From: Chiloscyllium plagiosum
Lineage: Eukaryota
Assembly (NCBI RefSeq): GCF_004010195.1
Contig: NC_057720.1
Coordinates: 19,893,269-19,957,268 of the forward strand
Direction: 5' to 3'
DNA: 64,000 nucleotides
The notes below the pieces were generated by a model. That model had not been told where the DNA came from and did no database searches. It saw nothing but the letters and a program-made list of their open reading frames with translations. How positions within the stretch are numbered: position 1 is the stretch's first letter; each line of letters begins with the position of its first letter. Below, in pieces: positions 62,880-64,000 of the stretch. A program made the position numbers and the translations under genes.

Positions 62880-63322
62880 CTTACGCTGAAAGGCTGGAGC
62901 GACTGGGCTTGCACACCCTTGAGTTTAGAAGACTGAGAGGGGATCTGATTGAGACATGTAAGATTATTAAAGGATTGGACACTCTGGCAGCAGGAAACAT
63001 GTTTCCGCTGATGGATGAGTGCCGAACCAGAGGACACAGCTTAAAAATACGGGGTAGACCATTTAGGACAGAGATGAGGAGAAACTTCTTCACCCACAGA
63101 GTAGTAGCTGTGTGGAATGCTTTGCCCCAGAGGGCAGTGGAGGCCCATTCTCTGGATTCATTTAAGAAAGAGTTGGATAGAGCTCTCAAGAAAAGTGGAA
63201 TCAAGGGTTATGGAGATAAGGCAGGAAGAGGATACTGATTAAGGATGATCAGCCATGATCATATTGAATGGTGGTGCAGGCTCGAAGGGCAGAATGGCCT
63301 ACTCCTACACCTATTGTCTATA
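62880..63322 (+). mobile_element. Young CR1 3' end
   Basis: ORF 62909..63238 [12 protein letters not shown]...FFTHRVVAVWNALP...GIKGYG. Confidence 0.9.
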
Positions 63323-63509
63323 AAACAAGCAGTCCTCCTATGAAGAGAGAGGAATTGAGAAATCACATCTTCGTTTTGAAATTTGCAAAGTACTTTGTTC
63401 AACTTTCCATACCTTTCTAATGCATTATATCTAAATGTGTAATTTCATCAGCTTCACATCTCAATTTCAGACTTCTGGTGTCACAGGCAAAATATTTGGC
63501 CGATTAGGG

Positions 63510-64000
63510 GTAGTCAACATGGCTTTGTTTGTGGAAAATTGTGTCTTGATAACTTGACTTTTTTTGAAGAGGTGACAAGGAAGATGGATGAAGGCAGAGT
63601 GGGAGACATTGGTTACATGGACTTTAGCAAGGTGTTTGACGAGGTTCTGCATGCTAAACTGGTTAGTAAGGTTAGATCACATGGGGTCCAGGGAGAGCTA
63701 GATAAAAAATTGGCTTGACGATGGGAGGCAGAAAATGGGTGAATCGGGTTGTTCAGACTGGCGGCCTGTGAGCAGTGGTGTGCCACAAGGATTGGTGCTA
63801 TATCCACTTTTGTTCATCATTTATATGAGGACACTACCCTGAGGAGCTCCTGCAGAGTTGCCCTGGGGCTGAGATAATTGACCTCCAACAACCACAACCA
63901 TTTGCCTGTGTGCTAGGTATGTTTCCATCCCACCAGAGAGTCTGCCTCGATACTCAATCATTCCAGATTTGCTAGGGCTCCTTGATGCCACACTCGGTCA
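63510..64000. mobile_element. Decayed LINE RT fragments (+ to about 63825, - beyond)
   Basis: [19 protein letters not shown] remnants. Confidence 0.75.

Overview
Eukaryotic, AT-rich vertebrate DNA, almost certainly from a shark (elasmobranch), judged from HE1 SINEs, SacSINE1/DeuSINE-like remnants and dense CR1 LINE and Penelope-like repeats. One protein-coding gene runs through the window on the minus strand: an ARHGAP29 (PARG1)-family RhoGAP with F-BAR, C1 and RhoGAP domains and a long tail ending in ...REAYFV. I traced 20 coding exons from 61548 to the stop at 3364. All have GT-AG boundaries and consistent phases (3563 nt, about 1190 codons); the 5' exons lie beyond the window. Introns contain CR1 fragments (one nearly full length), SINEs, two TA-flanked MITEs, a solo LTR and many Penelope-like element (PLE) remnants. 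The main non-obvious signal is a set of minimal hammerhead ribozyme cores (CUGAnGA...GAAAC-GUC) carried by at least two PLE families. Some sit in tiny ORF-less or fold-back insertions flanked by 14-16 bp target-site duplications. PLE hammerheads are a known class, so I do not claim a wholly new system. The gene's mixed ARHGAP29/ARHGAP45 character also merits a phylogenetic check. Repeat boundaries are approximate, and family names come from recognition, not database searches.
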